Under the pieces are notes generated by a model, which saw only the letters and a program-made list of their open reading frames with translations, was not told the DNA's origin and ran no database searches. From Escherichia coli (GTDB lineage Bacteria; Pseudomonadota; Gammaproteobacteria; Enterobacterales; Enterobacteriaceae): 64,000 nucleotides of DNA. Shown here in pieces: positions 20,813-35,164 of this stretch (position 1 is the stretch's first letter; each line of letters starts with the position of its first letter). A program made the position numbers and the translations under genes. The stretch lies in NCBI RefSeq assembly GCF_013315695.1, contig NZ_CP054353.1; one strand, 5' to 3'.

Positions 20813-21136
20813 CTACAGGCGGTGGCGATAATCGCTTGGAGTGCGATCAAACTGCCGACGGAAAACGCGGGAGAAGGTCTGCTGCGAGACATAACCCAGG
20901 TCCATTGCGATATCAAAAATCGGACGCTCGGTGGTGCGCAACTCAACGGCGGCCAGTAACAGGCGGCGTTGGCGAATGTAATCACCAAGTGTCTGATGCG
21001 TCACCGTGCGGAACATCCGCTGTAAGTACCACTTTGAATAGCCTGATTTTTTTGCGACGACATCAATGTTAAGCGGCTGGTCAATATGCTCGTCAATCCA
21101 TGCGATAAGATCCTGAATAATTTTCTGATGGGACAT
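20813..21136 (-). CDS. soxS: AraC-family superoxide response regulator SoxS (107 aa)
   Basis: MSHQKIIQDLIAWIDEHIDQPLNIDVVAKKSGYSKWYLQRMFR...; divergent from soxR. Confidence 0.95.
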   Translation of the reverse strand: MSHQKIIQDLIAWIDEHIDQPLNIDVVAKKSGYSKWYLQRMFRTVTHQTLGDYIRQRRLLLAAVELRTTERPIFDIAMDLGYVSQQTFSRVFRRQFDRTPSDYRHRL

Positions 21137-21192
21137 AAATCTGCCTCTTTTCAGTGTTCAGTTCGTTAATTCATCTGTTGGGGAGTATAATT

Positions 21193-21210
21193 CCTCAAGT
21201 TAACTTGAGG
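21193..21210. promoter_or_regulatory. SoxR operator in the soxS promoter spacer
   Basis: Perfect palindrome CCTCAAGTTAACTTGAGG seen directly; the known SoxR binding site. Confidence 0.75.
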
Positions 21211-21221
21211 TAAAGCGATTT

Positions 21222-21686
21222 ATGGAAAAGAAATTACCCCGCATTAAAGCGCTGCTAACCCCCGGCGAAGTGGCGAAACGCAGCGGTGTGGCGGTATCGG
21301 CGCTGCATTTCTATGAAAGCAAAGGGTTGATTAGCAGTATCCGTAATAGTGGCAATCAGCGGCGATATAAACGTGATGTGTTGCGATATGTCGCAATCAT
21401 CAAAATTGCTCAGCGTATTGGCATTCCGCTGGCGACCATTCGTGAAGCATTTGGCGTGTTGCCCGAAGGGCATACATTAAGTGCGAAAGAGTGGAAACAG
21501 CTTTCGTCCCAATGGCGAGAAGAGTTGGATCGGCGCATTCATACCTTAGTGGCGCTGCGTGACGAACTGGACGGATGTATTGGTTGTGGCTGCCTTTCGC
21601 GCAGTGATTGCCCATTGCGTAACCCGGGCGACCGCTTAGGAGAAGAAGGCACAGGCGCACGCTTGCTGGAAGATGAACAAAACTAA
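21222..21686 (+). CDS. soxR: MerR-family redox sensor SoxR (154 aa)
   Basis: MerR HTH at the N-terminus and the C-terminal [12 protein letters not shown] [2Fe-2S] cluster motif. Confidence 0.95.
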   Translation: MEKKLPRIKALLTPGEVAKRSGVAVSALHFYESKGLISSIRNSGNQRRYKRDVLRYVAIIKIAQRIGIPLATIREAFGVLPEGHTLSAKEWKQLSSQWREELDRRIHTLVALRDELDGCIGCGCLSRSDCPLRNPGDRLGEEGTGARLLEDEQN

Positions 21687-21830
21687 AGCGCCACAAGGGC
21701 GCTTTAGTTTGTTTTCCGGTCTTTGTCTTTCTCTCTATCCCGCTGGTACACAGGAGGGTTTCCCCCGACGTCAACACACCTCATTCGAGCACGTGGTGGA
21801 GGTTCCGGTTGGTGTTGATGCTTTAATTGT
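21687..21830 (-). ncRNA. ryjA: Candidate small RNA RyjA (convergent with the soxR 3' end); coordinates approximate
   Basis: From recall of the K-12 map only (sRNA between soxR and the ghxP gene); the soxR terminator hairpin aaagcgccacaagggcgcttt is present. Not verifiable by eye. Confidence 0.3.
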
Positions 21831-22231
21831 ATGTTACCGGCGTTTCTTCGCCAGTGTAAAAGTACACTTTTTAGCCGCAATATTTTTGTCATCTCAGACG
21901 ATTTTTTATCGCAATCCTGAACGGTATACGGTTCGATAACGCTGCAATCTTGCGCATCGACGATAACGTTTGCGCATCAATTGCCTGGTTTTTCATCGTC
22001 AAGACAATAAAAGAGAAAAAAGCAGCAAACTTCGGTTGAAAAAGCCGCTATGATCGCCGGATAATCGTTTGCTTTTTTTACCACCCGTTTTGTATGCGCG
22101 GAGCTAAACGTTTGCTTTTTTGCGACGCACCAATTTGTCGCAAACCTGGAGCAGGAAGATAACGTTTCGCTGGCAGGGGATTGTCCGCCACGCATCTTGA
22201 CGAAAATTAAACTCTCAGGGGATGTTTTCTT

Positions 22232-23581
22232 ATGTCTACGCCATCAGCGCGTACCGGCGGTTCACTCGACGCCTGGTTTAAAATTTCACAACGTGGAAGC
22301 ACTGTCCGTCAGGAAGTGGTTGCCGGGTTAACAACGTTTCTGGCGATGGTCTACTCGGTTATCGTCGTTCCAGGCATGTTGGGTAAAGCGGGCTTCCCGC
22401 CTGCGGCAGTTTTCGTTGCGACCTGTCTGGTTGCCGGACTCGGTTCTATCGTGATGGGTCTGTGGGCTAATCTGCCGTTGGCGATTGGTTGCGCCATCTC
22501 CCTGACGGCGTTTACCGCATTCAGTCTGGTGCTGGGGCAACATATTAGCGTACCTGTCGCGCTGGGTGCCGTGTTCCTGATGGGTGTGCTGTTTACGGTC
22601 ATTTCTGCCACGGGTATCCGTAGCTGGATTTTGCGCAACTTGCCGCACGGTGTGGCGCACGGCACGGGGATCGGTATCGGTCTGTTCCTGCTGCTGATTG
22701 CTGCGAATGGTGTCGGTCTGGTGATTAAAAACCCGCTTGATGGTCTGCCCGTTGCGCTGGGTGATTTCACGACCTTTCCGGTGATGATGTCACTGGTAGG
22801 TCTGGCGGTGATCATCGGCCTGGAAAAACTGAAAGTCCCTGGTGGCATTCTGCTGACCATTATCGGTATCTCAATTGTCGGTTTGATCTTCGATCCTAAC
22901 GTCCATTTCTCCGGCGTTTTCGCTATGCCTTCATTGAGCGATGAAAACGGCAATTCACTGATTGGCAGCCTGGATATTATGGGCGCGCTGAATCCTGTAG
23001 TCCTGCCAAGCGTTCTGGCGCTGGTGATGACGGCAGTATTTGATGCCACCGGAACTATCCGCGCCGTCGCCGGTCAGGCGAACCTGCTGGATAAAGACGG
23101 GCAGATCATCGACGGCGGGAAAGCACTGACCACTGACTCCATGAGTAGCGTTTTCTCTGGCCTGGTGGGTGCAGCTCCGGCAGCGGTATACATCGAGTCT
23201 GCGGCGGGTACGGCGGCGGGCGGTAAAACCGGGTTGACGGCTATCACCGTTGGCGTGCTGTTCCTGCTGATTCTGTTCCTCTCTCCGCTCTCTTACCTCG
23301 TTCCGGGGTACGCAACGGCTCCGGCGTTGATGTACGTTGGCCTGCTGATGCTGAGCAACGTGGCGAAAATCGACTTTGCTGATTTTGTTGATGCGATGGC
23401 GGGTCTGGTTACGGCGGTATTCATCGTGCTGACCTGTAACATCGTAACAGGCATCATGATCGGCTTCGCGACTCTGGTGATTGGTCGTCTGGTTTCCGGC
23501 GAATGGCGCAAGTTGAACATCGGTACGGTCGTTATTGCCGTGGCGCTGGTGACCTTCTATGCGGGTGGCTGGGCTATCTAA
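22232..23581 (+). CDS. ghxP: Guanine/hypoxanthine permease (NCS2 family, 449 aa)
   Basis: Polytopic membrane protein of 449 aa in the conserved position after soxR. Confidence 0.92.
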   Translation: MSTPSARTGGSLDAWFKISQRGSTVRQEVVAGLTTFLAMVYSVIVVPGMLGKAGFPPAAVFVATCLVAGLGSIVMGLWANLPLAIGCAISLTAFTAFSLVLGQHISVPVALGAVFLMGVLFTVISATGIRSWILRNLPHGVAHGTGIGIGLFLLLIAANGVGLVIKNPLDGLPVALGDFTTFPVMMSLVGLAVIIGLEKLKVPGGILLTIIGISIVGLIFDPNVHFSGVFAMPSLSDENGNSLIGSLDIMGALNPVVLPSVLALVMTAVFDATGTIRAVAGQANLLDKDGQIIDGGKALTTDSMSSVFSGLVGAAPAAVYIESAAGTAAGGKTGLTAITVGVLFLLILFLSPLSYLVPGYATAPALMYVGLLMLSNVAKIDFADFVDAMAGLVTAVFIVLTCNIVTGIMIGFATLVIGRLVSGEWRKLNIGTVVIAVALVTFYAGGWAI

Positions 23582-23605
23582 TCTTACATAGGATTCTGAA
23601 AACGG

Positions 23606-23618
23606 GTGGCAATGGCTG
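23606..23618. repeat. IS4 target-site duplication, left copy (gtggcaatggctg)
   Basis: Identical 13-mer directly abuts both IS4 ends. Confidence 0.8.
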
Positions 23619-25044
23619 TAATGCCAGTCAGTTAAGCAACTGACTGGCTCTTTTTCGGGGCTGTGGGGTATTTCCAGGGCCTCTCCTTTACCACTCTCGG
23701 GAAGGCCCTTTCCCTTCTTGTCGGTAATTTCACAAGTTGTCCCATACTTGCAAGATCGCGCATCAGCTCCGGTATACGTCCCGGTGAAGCGCCCTGCAAT
23801 GTCATCAGCATTCTCATCACCATTCCGCATGATTCTGAGAAACTCAGTTGATTCGGCCAGTAACCTTTCAGATGTTCCGCCATTTTAATCATCTGATATC
23901 TCACCAGATTATAAGCCAGTAAGACACCCCACAGCTCTTGCTCCACAAGCTCCGGTTTTTTACTTCTCAGCGTCAGCCTGCTCAGTTGCATCGTCTGTTT
24001 TATCTCCCTGTATCCCAGTTCGATTTCCCAGCGATGACTGTACAGATCCGCCATTTCTCCTCCGGGGAAGCGCATGGCGTCCGTCATCGACGTCAGCAGA
24101 TGGCAGACTTTTCCTTTGCGCGTCACGGTCAGCAGGCGGGCTGTCACTTCATTTCCCAGTCCCGGCCACTTTTTTCGTGCCTGCGGGCTGGTTTTCAGCT
24201 TCACCAGATGATCGCCTTTACCCAGTTTTCTGATCTCTTCATATTGCGCTCCCTTTCTGAGAGGTATCATCCAGTGGCGGTGTTCTCCCGCCAGGCTCCA
24301 GGCATTTAACAGTCCCAGTGAGTAATAACCTTTATCCATTAACGTCAGAGTGTTATCGCCGGTTTGTTCTATAAGTTGCTCAGCAAGCTCATTTTCGCTG
24401 TTCTTCATCGTGCCGAAGGCTGCAGCCGTCAGCAGATGGCTGGTCAGTTCCATCTGGCAGACCATTTTGACCTGCGGGTAGAGCGCCGGGTTCCCGGCAT
24501 GTGTCTGGCGGGGGAAGGCTGCATCGTTCTCTGGTGTATCCGGTGTGCGCCAGAACACACCATCGATGGCCAGCAGGGTCAGGCCGCACCAGTGCGGATG
24601 CGGCGTGGCGTTATGCCAGAGCTGCGCTGTTTTCGTGAACACGCGGCGGACAGCCTCACTTCCCAGGCGCTGGCGGGCCTGAATAACGGCACTGGGGGCA
24701 ACGAAGGGGCGATTGCCCGGCAGCATGATGTCCAGGCGATTCACAATCTGGTGAAGAGGTTCTTTACGCTCAAGCGCCATGCCAACAATACACCAGACCA
24801 TCATTTCGAGGGGAAGACGGCGCTTGCGTAGCGTTACAGTACCTGATTCGGCAAGGCAACGAGAGATGAGTTCGGGGTCGAGGTAATCCCCCAGAGAAGT
24901 CAGTGGGTTACGCAGAGAATCGTAACGGGATACCAGATCAAGAGCCTGTCCAATGTGCATAAAAAAATCCGGAAACAAGTGAGCGTTTCCGGATTCTTAC
25001 ACAGCCACTGGATCGGTCAACTGATCCTTAACTGATCGGCATTA
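23619..25044 (-). mobile_element. Insertion sequence IS4, complete (1426 bp)
   Basis: Terminal inverted repeats TAATGCCAGTCAGTTAAG (left) and CTTAACTGATCGGCATTA (right, 16/18 match); length 1426 bp equals canonical IS4; single transposase ORF. Confidence 0.9.
23632..24978 (-). CDS. insG: IS4 transposase (DDE family, 448-aa ORF)
   Basis: ORF fills the IS; translation recognised as IS4 transposase by recall. Confidence 0.88.
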   Translation of the reverse strand: MFPDFFMHIGQALDLVSRYDSLRNPLTSLGDYLDPELISRCLAESGTVTLRKRRLPLEMMVWCIVGMALERKEPLHQIVNRLDIMLPGNRPFVAPSAVIQARQRLGSEAVRRVFTKTAQLWHNATPHPHWCGLTLLAIDGVFWRTPDTPENDAAFPRQTHAGNPALYPQVKMVCQMELTSHLLTAAAFGTMKNSENELAEQLIEQTGDNTLTLMDKGYYSLGLLNAWSLAGEHRHWMIPLRKGAQYEEIRKLGKGDHLVKLKTSPQARKKWPGLGNEVTARLLTVTRKGKVCHLLTSMTDAMRFPGGEMADLYSHRWEIELGYREIKQTMQLSRLTLRSKKPELVEQELWGVLLAYNLVRYQMIKMAEHLKGYWPNQLSFSESCGMVMRMLMTLQGASPGRIPELMRDLASMGQLVKLPTRRERAFPRVVKERPWKYPTAPKKSQSVA

Positions 25045-25057
25045 GTGGCAATGGCTG
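25045..25057. repeat. IS4 target-site duplication, right copy (gtggcaatggctg)
   Basis: Identical to 23606-23618. Confidence 0.8.
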
Positions 25058-25170
25058 CCCGTTTTTATTTTCTCCGCACATTGTGTGAGCTTTTGCGATA
25101 TTCTGAAAAAATGAGAATTCAGGCATAACGCCTTTCTCAGATCATAAAAAACATCGCAAACAGGGAACGC

Positions 25171-26820
25171 ATGGAAATCTTCTTCACCATACTGATAATG
25201 ACCCTCGTGGTCTCGCTGTCCGGGGTGGTCACTCGTGTCATGCCCTTTCAGATCCCGCTTCCGCTTATGCAAATCGCCATCGGTGCGCTACTGGCGTGGC
25301 CGACGTTTGGTTTGCATGTGGAGTTTGATCCTGAACTCTTTTTAGTCTTGTTTATCCCGCCGTTGCTGTTCGCTGATGGCTGGAAAACGCCGACCCGTGA
25401 ATTTCTCGAACATGGGCGAGAGATTTTCGGCCTCGCGCTGGCGCTGGTGGTGGTCACCGTGGTCGGCATTGGCTTCCTTATTTACTGGGTGGTGCCGGGC
25501 ATTCCGCTGATCCCCGCCTTTGCGCTGGCGGCGGTGCTTTCTCCGACCGATGCTGTGGCGCTCTCCGGGATTGTTGGCGAAGGGCGCATCCCGAAAAAAA
25601 TCATGGGCATTTTGCAGGGCGAAGCGTTGATGAATGACGCCTCTGGCCTGGTGTCGTTGAAGTTTGCCGTAGCAGTGGCGATGGGGACGATGATCTTCAC
25701 CGTCGGTGGTGCGACGGTCGAATTTATGAAAGTGGCCATTGGCGGTATTCTCGCCGGTTTTGTGGTGAGCTGGCTGTACGGTCGCTCGCTGCGATTCCTC
25801 AGCCGCTGGGGCGGTGATGAACCCGCGACGCAGATCGTCCTGCTGTTCCTGCTGCCATTCGCTTCTTATCTGATTGCCGAACATATTGGCGTTTCCGGTA
25901 TCCTCGCTGCGGTTGCCGCCGGGATGACCATCACCCGCTCCGGTGTGATGCGCCGTGCGCCGCTGGCAATGCGCCTGCGCGCAAACAGTACCTGGGCGAT
26001 GCTGGAATTTGTCTTTAACGGCATGGTATTCCTGCTGTTAGGTCTGCAGCTGCCGGGTATTCTGGAGACATCGCTGATGGCGGCAGAAATCGACCCTAAC
26101 GTCGAAATCTGGATGCTGTTTACCGATATCATTCTGATTTATGCGGCGCTGATGCTGGTCCGTTTCGGCTGGCTGTGGACGATGAAAAAGTTCAGCAACC
26201 GCTTCCTGAAGAAGAAGCCGATGGAGTTTGGTTCGTGGACCACACGAGAAATCCTGATCGCGTCTTTCGCCGGGGTGCGTGGGGCGATCACTCTGGCTGG
26301 TGTGCTCTCTATCCCGCTGCTCTTGCCGGATGGTAACGTCTTCCCGGCGCGCTATGAGCTGGTATTCCTGGCGGCTGGTGTCATTCTCTTCTCGCTGTTT
26401 GTCGGCGTGGTGATGTTGCCTATTCTGCTACAACACATTGAAGTCGCGGACCATTCGCAACAATTGAAAGAGGAACGTATTGCGCGAGCGGCAACGGCAG
26501 AAGTGGCGATTGTGGCGATCCAGAAAATGGAGGAGCGTCTGGCGGCGGATACCGAAGAGAATATCGATAACCAGCTGCTCACAGAGGTTAGTTCTCGCGT
26601 CATTGGTAACCTGCGTCGTCGCGCCGATGGACGTAACGACGTTGAAAGTTCCGTGCAGGAAGAGAACCTTGAGCGTCGCTTCCGTCTGGCGGCATTGCGT
26701 TCTGAACGTGCTGAACTGTACCACCTGCGCGCCACGCGGGAGATCAGCAACGAAACGCTGCAAAAATTACTGCACGATCTCGATTTGCTTGAAGCGTTGT
26801 TGATTGAAGAGAACCAATAA
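25171..26820 (+). CDS. yjcE: Putative Na+/H+ (cation/proton) exchanger, CPA1 family (549 aa)
   Basis: Polytopic membrane N-terminal domain plus charged C-terminal tail; conserved position. Confidence 0.9.
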   Translation: MEIFFTILIMTLVVSLSGVVTRVMPFQIPLPLMQIAIGALLAWPTFGLHVEFDPELFLVLFIPPLLFADGWKTPTREFLEHGREIFGLALALVVVTVVGIGFLIYWVVPGIPLIPAFALAAVLSPTDAVALSGIVGEGRIPKKIMGILQGEALMNDASGLVSLKFAVAVAMGTMIFTVGGATVEFMKVAIGGILAGFVVSWLYGRSLRFLSRWGGDEPATQIVLLFLLPFASYLIAEHIGVSGILAAVAAGMTITRSGVMRRAPLAMRLRANSTWAMLEFVFNGMVFLLLGLQLPGILETSLMAAEIDPNVEIWMLFTDIILIYAALMLVRFGWLWTMKKFSNRFLKKKPMEFGSWTTREILIASFAGVRGAITLAGVLSIPLLLPDGNVFPARYELVFLAAGVILFSLFVGVVMLPILLQHIEVADHSQQLKEERIARAATAEVAIVAIQKMEERLAADTEENIDNQLLTEVSSRVIGNLRRRADGRNDVESSVQEENLERRFRLAALRSERAELYHLRATREISNETLQKLLHDLDLLEALLIEENQ

Positions 26821-26840
26821 CGCTTGGCGGTGTAATCGGT

Positions 26841-26867
26841 AAAAAGGTGCAGTACATCGCACCTTTT
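26841..26867. terminator. Bidirectional terminator between convergent yjcE and actP
   Basis: Hairpin aaaaggtgc-agtacatc-gcaccttttt with A/T runs on both sides. Confidence 0.6.
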
Positions 26868-26901
26868 TACCGTTGGTCAGGTGACCAGAGGCTAGTGGAG
26901 A

Positions 26902-28862
<1,961 letters not shown>

Positions 28863-29044
28863 CACAGATTCTCCAGAGGTTCCCCGTCGTCTTTCACGCC
28901 GCAGGTTCGTCAGCCGCACTCGCCTCCCCCAGTCACATAGTTTTCTATGCTCCTGGGGAGATGCTCGCTTGCTTCCTTCCTGCAACGCGAAATACTTAGG
29001 GGAATTTTTATATTTGCCCTTTCCCACTATAAAGAAAGGGGCGT

Positions 29045-29079
29045 GTAGACCGGATAAGGCGTTATACGCCGCATCCGGC
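29045..29079. repeat. REP (palindromic unit) element between acs and yjcH
   Basis: gtagaccggataaggcgttatacgccgcatccggc is the reverse complement of the canonical REP consensus GCCGGATGCGGCGT.AACGCCTTATCCGG.CTAC. Confidence 0.7.
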
Positions 29080-29088
29080 AATTGTGGG

Positions 29089-31047
29089 TTACGATGGCAT
29101 CGCGATAGCCTGCTTCTCTTCAAGCAGCTTCTCGACCACGCCAGGATCGGCAAGCGTCGAGGTATCGCCCAGGTTGCTGGTATCGCCCGCCGCAATTTTG
29201 CGCAGAATACGGCGCATAATTTTGCCGGAGCGGGTTTTAGGCAGGGAGTCGGTCCAGTGCAGCACGTCTGGCGTCGCCAGCGGGCCAATCTCTTTACGCA
29301 CCCAGTTGCGGACTTCTGCGTACAGTTCTGGTGACGGTTCCTCCCCGTGATTAAGCGTGACGTAGGCGTAGATCGCCTGACCTTTAATATTGTGCGGAAT
29401 ACCGACGACAGCGGCTTCGGCAATCTTCGGATGGGCCACCAGCGCCGACTCAATCTCCGCCGTCCCCAGACGGTGACCAGAGACGTTCAGCACGTCGTCC
29501 ACGCGCCCGGTGATCCAGTAATAGCCATCTTCATCGCGACGCGCGCCGTCGCCGCTGAAATACATATTTTTGAAGGTGGAAAAATAGGTCTGCTCAAAAC
29601 GTTCGTGATCGCCAAACAGCGTACGCGCCTGACCCGGCCAGGAGTCGGTGATCACCAGACTGCCTTCGGTGGCCCCCTCCAGCGGATGACCTTCGTTATC
29701 GACCAGCGCCGGTTGTACGCCGAAGAACGGACGTGTTGCCGAACCGGCTTTCAGCTCGGTAGCGCCAGGCAGTGGGGTGATCATGAAACCGCCAGTTTCG
29801 GTCTGCCACCAGGTATCGACCACTGGGCATTTCTCGTTGCCGATTTTTTTCCAGTACCACTCCCACGCTTCCGGGTTGATTGGCTCGCCTACGGAACCGA
29901 GAATGCGCAGCGACGAACGGTCAGTGCCTTCGATCGCTTTATCGCCTTCCGCCATCAGCGCGCGAATCGCCGTGGGCGCGGTATAGAGAATATTGACCTG
30001 ATGCTTGTCCACCACCTGCGCCATACGGGCAGGCGTCGGCCAGTTCGGTACGCCTTCAAACATCAGCGTGGTCGCGCCGCAGGCCAACGGGCCGTACAGC
30101 AAATAACTGTGTCCGGTAACCCAACCCACATCGGCGGTGCACCAGTAGATATCGCCCGGATGATAATCAAAGACATATTTAAAGGTCAGCGCCGCGTACA
30201 CCAGATAACCGCCGGTAGTGTGCAGTACGCCTTTCGGCTTACCGGTAGAACCGGAGGTATAGAGAATAAACAGCGGATCTTCGGCGTTCATCTCTTCCGC
30301 CTGGTGCTGATCGCTCGCTTGCTCAACCAGGTCGTGCCACCACAGGTCGCGCCCTTCCTGCCAGTCAATTTTTCCGCCAGTACGCTTCAGTACCACCACA
30401 TGCTCTACGCTGGTGACGTTCGGGTTTTTCAGCGCGTCATCAACGTTTTTCTTCAGCGGAATACTACGCCCGGCACGCACACCTTCGTCGGAAGTGATCA
30501 CCAGTCGTGAACTGGAGTCGATAATGCGTCCGGCAACGGCTTCCGGCGAGAAGCCGCCGAAAATCACCGAATGTACCGCGCCAATGCGGGCGCAGGCCAG
30601 CATCGCGACCGCGGCTTCCGGTACCATCGGCATATAAATCGCAACTACGTCACCTTTTTTAATGCCCAGTTCGAGCAGGGTATTGGCGAAGCGGCAGACG
30701 TCGCGGTGCAGCTCTTTATAGCTAATATGTTTGCTCTGGCTGGCGTCGTCGCCTTCCCAGATGATGGCGGTACGATCGCCGTTTTCTTGCAGATGGCGGT
30801 CAAGGCAGTTTGCCGCCAGATTCAGCGTGCCGTCCTCGTACCATTTAATGGACACATTACCGGGGGCAAAGGAGGTGTTTTTCACCTTCTGGTAAGGTTT
30901 GATCCAGTCGAGAATTTTTCCCTGTTCGCCCCAGAAGGTATCTGGTGCGTTAATAGATTGTTGATACATCGCCTCGTACTGCTGAGGGTTTATCAGGCAA
31001 CGGTCTGCGATGTTGGCAGGAATGGTGTGTTTGTGAATTTGACTCAT
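29089..31047 (-). CDS. acs: Acetyl-CoA synthetase (652 aa)
   Basis: [31 protein letters not shown]...; AMP-binding signature [12 protein letters not shown]. Confidence 0.97.
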   Translation of the reverse strand: MSQIHKHTIPANIADRCLINPQQYEAMYQQSINAPDTFWGEQGKILDWIKPYQKVKNTSFAPGNVSIKWYEDGTLNLAANCLDRHLQENGDRTAIIWEGDDASQSKHISYKELHRDVCRFANTLLELGIKKGDVVAIYMPMVPEAAVAMLACARIGAVHSVIFGGFSPEAVAGRIIDSSSRLVITSDEGVRAGRSIPLKKNVDDALKNPNVTSVEHVVVLKRTGGKIDWQEGRDLWWHDLVEQASDQHQAEEMNAEDPLFILYTSGSTGKPKGVLHTTGGYLVYAALTFKYVFDYHPGDIYWCTADVGWVTGHSYLLYGPLACGATTLMFEGVPNWPTPARMAQVVDKHQVNILYTAPTAIRALMAEGDKAIEGTDRSSLRILGSVGEPINPEAWEWYWKKIGNEKCPVVDTWWQTETGGFMITPLPGATELKAGSATRPFFGVQPALVDNEGHPLEGATEGSLVITDSWPGQARTLFGDHERFEQTYFSTFKNMYFSGDGARRDEDGYYWITGRVDDVLNVSGHRLGTAEIESALVAHPKIAEAAVVGIPHNIKGQAIYAYVTLNHGEEPSPELYAEVRNWVRKEIGPLATPDVLHWTDSLPKTRSGKIMRRILRKIAAGDTSNLGDTSTLADPGVVEKLLEEKQAIAMPS

Positions 31048-31298
31048 GCTTTTGTTCTCCTTGTAGGATGTTAATAATATGTGGCATAAGCGTTAAATGT
31101 AGGGGTATTGGCAGTTTTGTTTAGTATTTGGGCGACAGATCACGCAAAAGTAGAATTGTGCAAATAAACGGCAGGGTAATTTTTGAAGGTCAGCAACAAA
31201 AGTTAATTAATTCTTTGAGGAACATGCAGTTATGCATGCTGTTGAAAAAGAGGAAGATACTGACTAACTCTAAAGTGGTATTTTACATGCACTTACAA

Positions 31299-31312
31299 TT
31301 GATTAAAGACAA
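31299..31312. promoter_or_regulatory. Possible FNR-type half-site pair (TTGATTAAAGACAA) in the nrfA promoter region
   Basis: TTGAT-N4-(g)ACAA about 130 bp upstream of the nrfA start; nrfA is known to be FNR-dependent. Weak match. Confidence 0.3.
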
Positions 31313-31397
31313 CATTCACAGTGTGGTTATTTGTTACACATAGGGGCGAGCAATGTCATGACAGTGTAGGTGCGGTTACTGTCGTGAAAAACAATAA

Positions 31398-32876
<1,479 letters not shown>

Positions 32877-32921
32877 CCCCCGTTCCGCCTCGCAAGGGGC
32901 GGAAAACACAATGGAGTGAAT

Positions 32922-33488
32922 ATGAGCGTATTACGTTCGTTATTAACTGCCGGGGTGCTGGCGTCGGGCCTGTTGTGGAGCCTGAACGGAATTACCGCTA
33001 CCCCTGCGGCGCAGGCATCTGGTGATCGCTATGAAGTTACCCAGCAGCGTAACCCGGATGCCGCCTGTCTGGACTGTCATAAACCAGATACCGAAGGTAT
33101 GCATGGCAAACATGCTTCCGTTATCAACCCGAATAACAAACTGCCGGTCACCTGCACCAACTGTCACGGTCAGCCATCACCGCAACACCGCGAAGGGGTG
33201 AAAGATGTGATGCGCTTTAACGAGCCGATGTACAAGGTTGGAGAGCAGAACAGCGTCTGTATGTCCTGCCATTTGCCGGAACAGTTGCAAAAAGCGTTCT
33301 GGCCACACGATGTCCACGTAACCAAAGTGGCGTGCGCCAGCTGCCATTCCCTGCATCCACAGCAAGATACGATGCAGACGTTAAGTGACAAAGGACGGAT
33401 TAAGATTTGCGTCGATTGCCACAGCGATCAGCGCACCAATCCGAACTTTAACCCGGCGTCTGTTCCGTTGCTTAAGGAGCAGCCATGA
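32922..33488 (+). CDS. nrfB: Pentahaem cytochrome c NrfB
   Basis: Five CxxCH motifs (CLDCH, CTNCH, CMSCH, CASCH, CVDCH) in about 188 aa. Confidence 0.9.
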   Translation: MSVLRSLLTAGVLASGLLWSLNGITATPAAQASGDRYEVTQQRNPDAACLDCHKPDTEGMHGKHASVINPNNKLPVTCTNCHGQPSPQHREGVKDVMRFNEPMYKVGEQNSVCMSCHLPEQLQKAFWPHDVHVTKVACASCHSLHPQQDTMQTLSDKGRIKICVDCHSDQRTNPNFNPASVPLLKEQP

Positions 33489-34156
33489 CCTGGTCTCGTC
33501 GCCAGTTTCTCACCGGCGTCGGCGTGCTGGCAGCCGTCAGCGGCACCGCAGGACGCGTGGTGGCGAAAACGTTGAATATCAATGGGGTGCGTTACGGCAT
33601 GGTGCATGACGAGTCGTTATGCATCGGCTGTACTGCCTGTATGGATGCTTGTCGGGAAGTGAACAAGGTGCCGGAAGGCGTCTCGCGCCTGACAATTATT
33701 CGTAGCGAGCCGCAGGGCGAATTTCCTGATGTGAAATATCGCTTCTTTCGTAAGTCTTGCCAGCACTGCGATCGTGCGCCGTGCGTTGACGTCTGCCCGA
33801 CCGGTGCGTCTTTTCGCGATGCCGCCAGCGGGATTGTCGATGTAAATCCGGATCTCTGCGTCGGTTGTCAGTACTGCATCGCCGCCTGTCCGTACCGCGT
33901 GCGCTTTATCCATCCGGTCACGAAGACAGCGGACAAATGCGATTTCTGCCGTAAGACCCATTTGCAGGCCGGTAAGCTGCCCGCGTGCGTTGAGGCTTGC
34001 CCGACGAAGGCGCTGACGTTTGGCAATCTGGACGATCCCAACAGTGAGATTTCGCAACTGCTGTGCCAGAAACCCACTTATCGCTACAAGCTGGCGCTGG
34101 GAACCAAACCGAAGCTGTACCGCATACCGTTTAAATACGGGGAGGTGAGCCAATGA
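33485..34156 (+). CDS. nrfC: 4Fe-4S ferredoxin-type subunit NrfC (Tat signal)
   Basis: Twin-arginine motif SRRQFLTG; four Cys clusters ([27 protein letters not shown]). Confidence 0.93.
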   Translation: MTWSRRQFLTGVGVLAAVSGTAGRVVAKTLNINGVRYGMVHDESLCIGCTACMDACREVNKVPEGVSRLTIIRSEPQGEFPDVKYRFFRKSCQHCDRAPCVDVCPTGASFRDAASGIVDVNPDLCVGCQYCIAACPYRVRFIHPVTKTADKCDFCRKTHLQAGKLPACVEACPTKALTFGNLDDPNSEISQLLCQKPTYRYKLALGTKPKLYRIPFKYGEVSQ

Positions 34157-35109
34157 CGCAGACTTCCGCATTTCATTTTGAATCGCTGGTGTGGGACTGG
34201 CCGATTGCCATCTACCTGTTTTTGATTGGTATTTCTGCCGGTCTGGTGACGCTGGCCGTGCTGTTACGTCGCTTCTACCCGCAGGCGGGCGGTGCAGACA
34301 GTACGTTGCTGCGCACCACGCTGATTGTCGGGCCTGGTGCGGTGATCCTTGGTCTGTTGATCCTCGTCTTCCACCTGACAAGACCGTGGACCTTCTGGAA
34401 GCTGATGTTCCACTACAGTTTTACCTCGGTGATGTCGATGGGGGTGATGCTGTTTCAGCTCTACATGGTGGTGCTGGTGCTGTGGCTGGCGAAAATCTTT
34501 GAACATGATTTGCTTGCCCTGCAACAACGCTGGTTGCCGAAGCTGGGGATCGTGCAAAAGGTTCTGAGCCTGCTGACGCCCGTTCATCGCGGACTGGAAA
34601 CATTGATGCTGGTGCTGGCGGTGTTGTTGGGGGCTTATACCGGCTTTCTGCTGTCGGCGCTGAAATCGTATCCGTTCCTCAATAACCCGATCCTGCCGGT
34701 GCTGTTCCTCTTCTCCGGCATCTCGTCCGGTGCGGCGGTGGCGCTGATCGCCATGGCGATATGTCAGCGCAAAAATCCGCATTCCACGGAAGCGCACTTT
34801 GTACACCGTATGGAGATCCCTGTGGTATGGGGAGAAATTTTCCTGCTGGTGGCGTTTTTTGTCGGTCTGGCGCTGGGCGATGACGGTAAAGTGCGTGCGC
34901 TGGTGGCGGCATTGGGCGGCGGTTTCTGGACGTGGTGGTTCTGGCTTGGTGTCGCCGGGCTGGGGTTGATTGTGCCAATGTTGCTCAAACCGTGGGTCAA
35001 TCGCAGTTCCGGCATTCCTGCCGTGCTGGCGGCGTGTGGGGCCAGCCTGGTCGGCGTGTTGATGCTGCGCTTTTTCATTCTCTACGCCGGGCAGTTAACG
35101 GTGGCGTAA
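34153..35109 (+). CDS. nrfD: Membrane quinol dehydrogenase subunit NrfD
   Basis: Polytopic membrane ORF overlapping the nrfC stop. Confidence 0.93.
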   Translation: MTQTSAFHFESLVWDWPIAIYLFLIGISAGLVTLAVLLRRFYPQAGGADSTLLRTTLIVGPGAVILGLLILVFHLTRPWTFWKLMFHYSFTSVMSMGVMLFQLYMVVLVLWLAKIFEHDLLALQQRWLPKLGIVQKVLSLLTPVHRGLETLMLVLAVLLGAYTGFLLSALKSYPFLNNPILPVLFLFSGISSGAAVALIAMAICQRKNPHSTEAHFVHRMEIPVVWGEIFLLVAFFVGLALGDDGKVRALVAALGGGFWTWWFWLGVAGLGLIVPMLLKPWVNRSSGIPAVLAACGASLVGVLMLRFFILYAGQLTVA

Positions 35110-35164
35110 GCCAGAACAGAGGTGGTTTCTGGACGTATTCCTTCCTGAAGTCGGTTTTCTGGCG

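Noticed and set aside
20836-23830. Long antisense ORFs within soxS and ghxP (e.g. 22351-23049, 22955-23830, minus strand)
   Set aside because: They are shadow ORFs opposite well-supported genes, with low-complexity Arg/Thr/Pro-rich translations.
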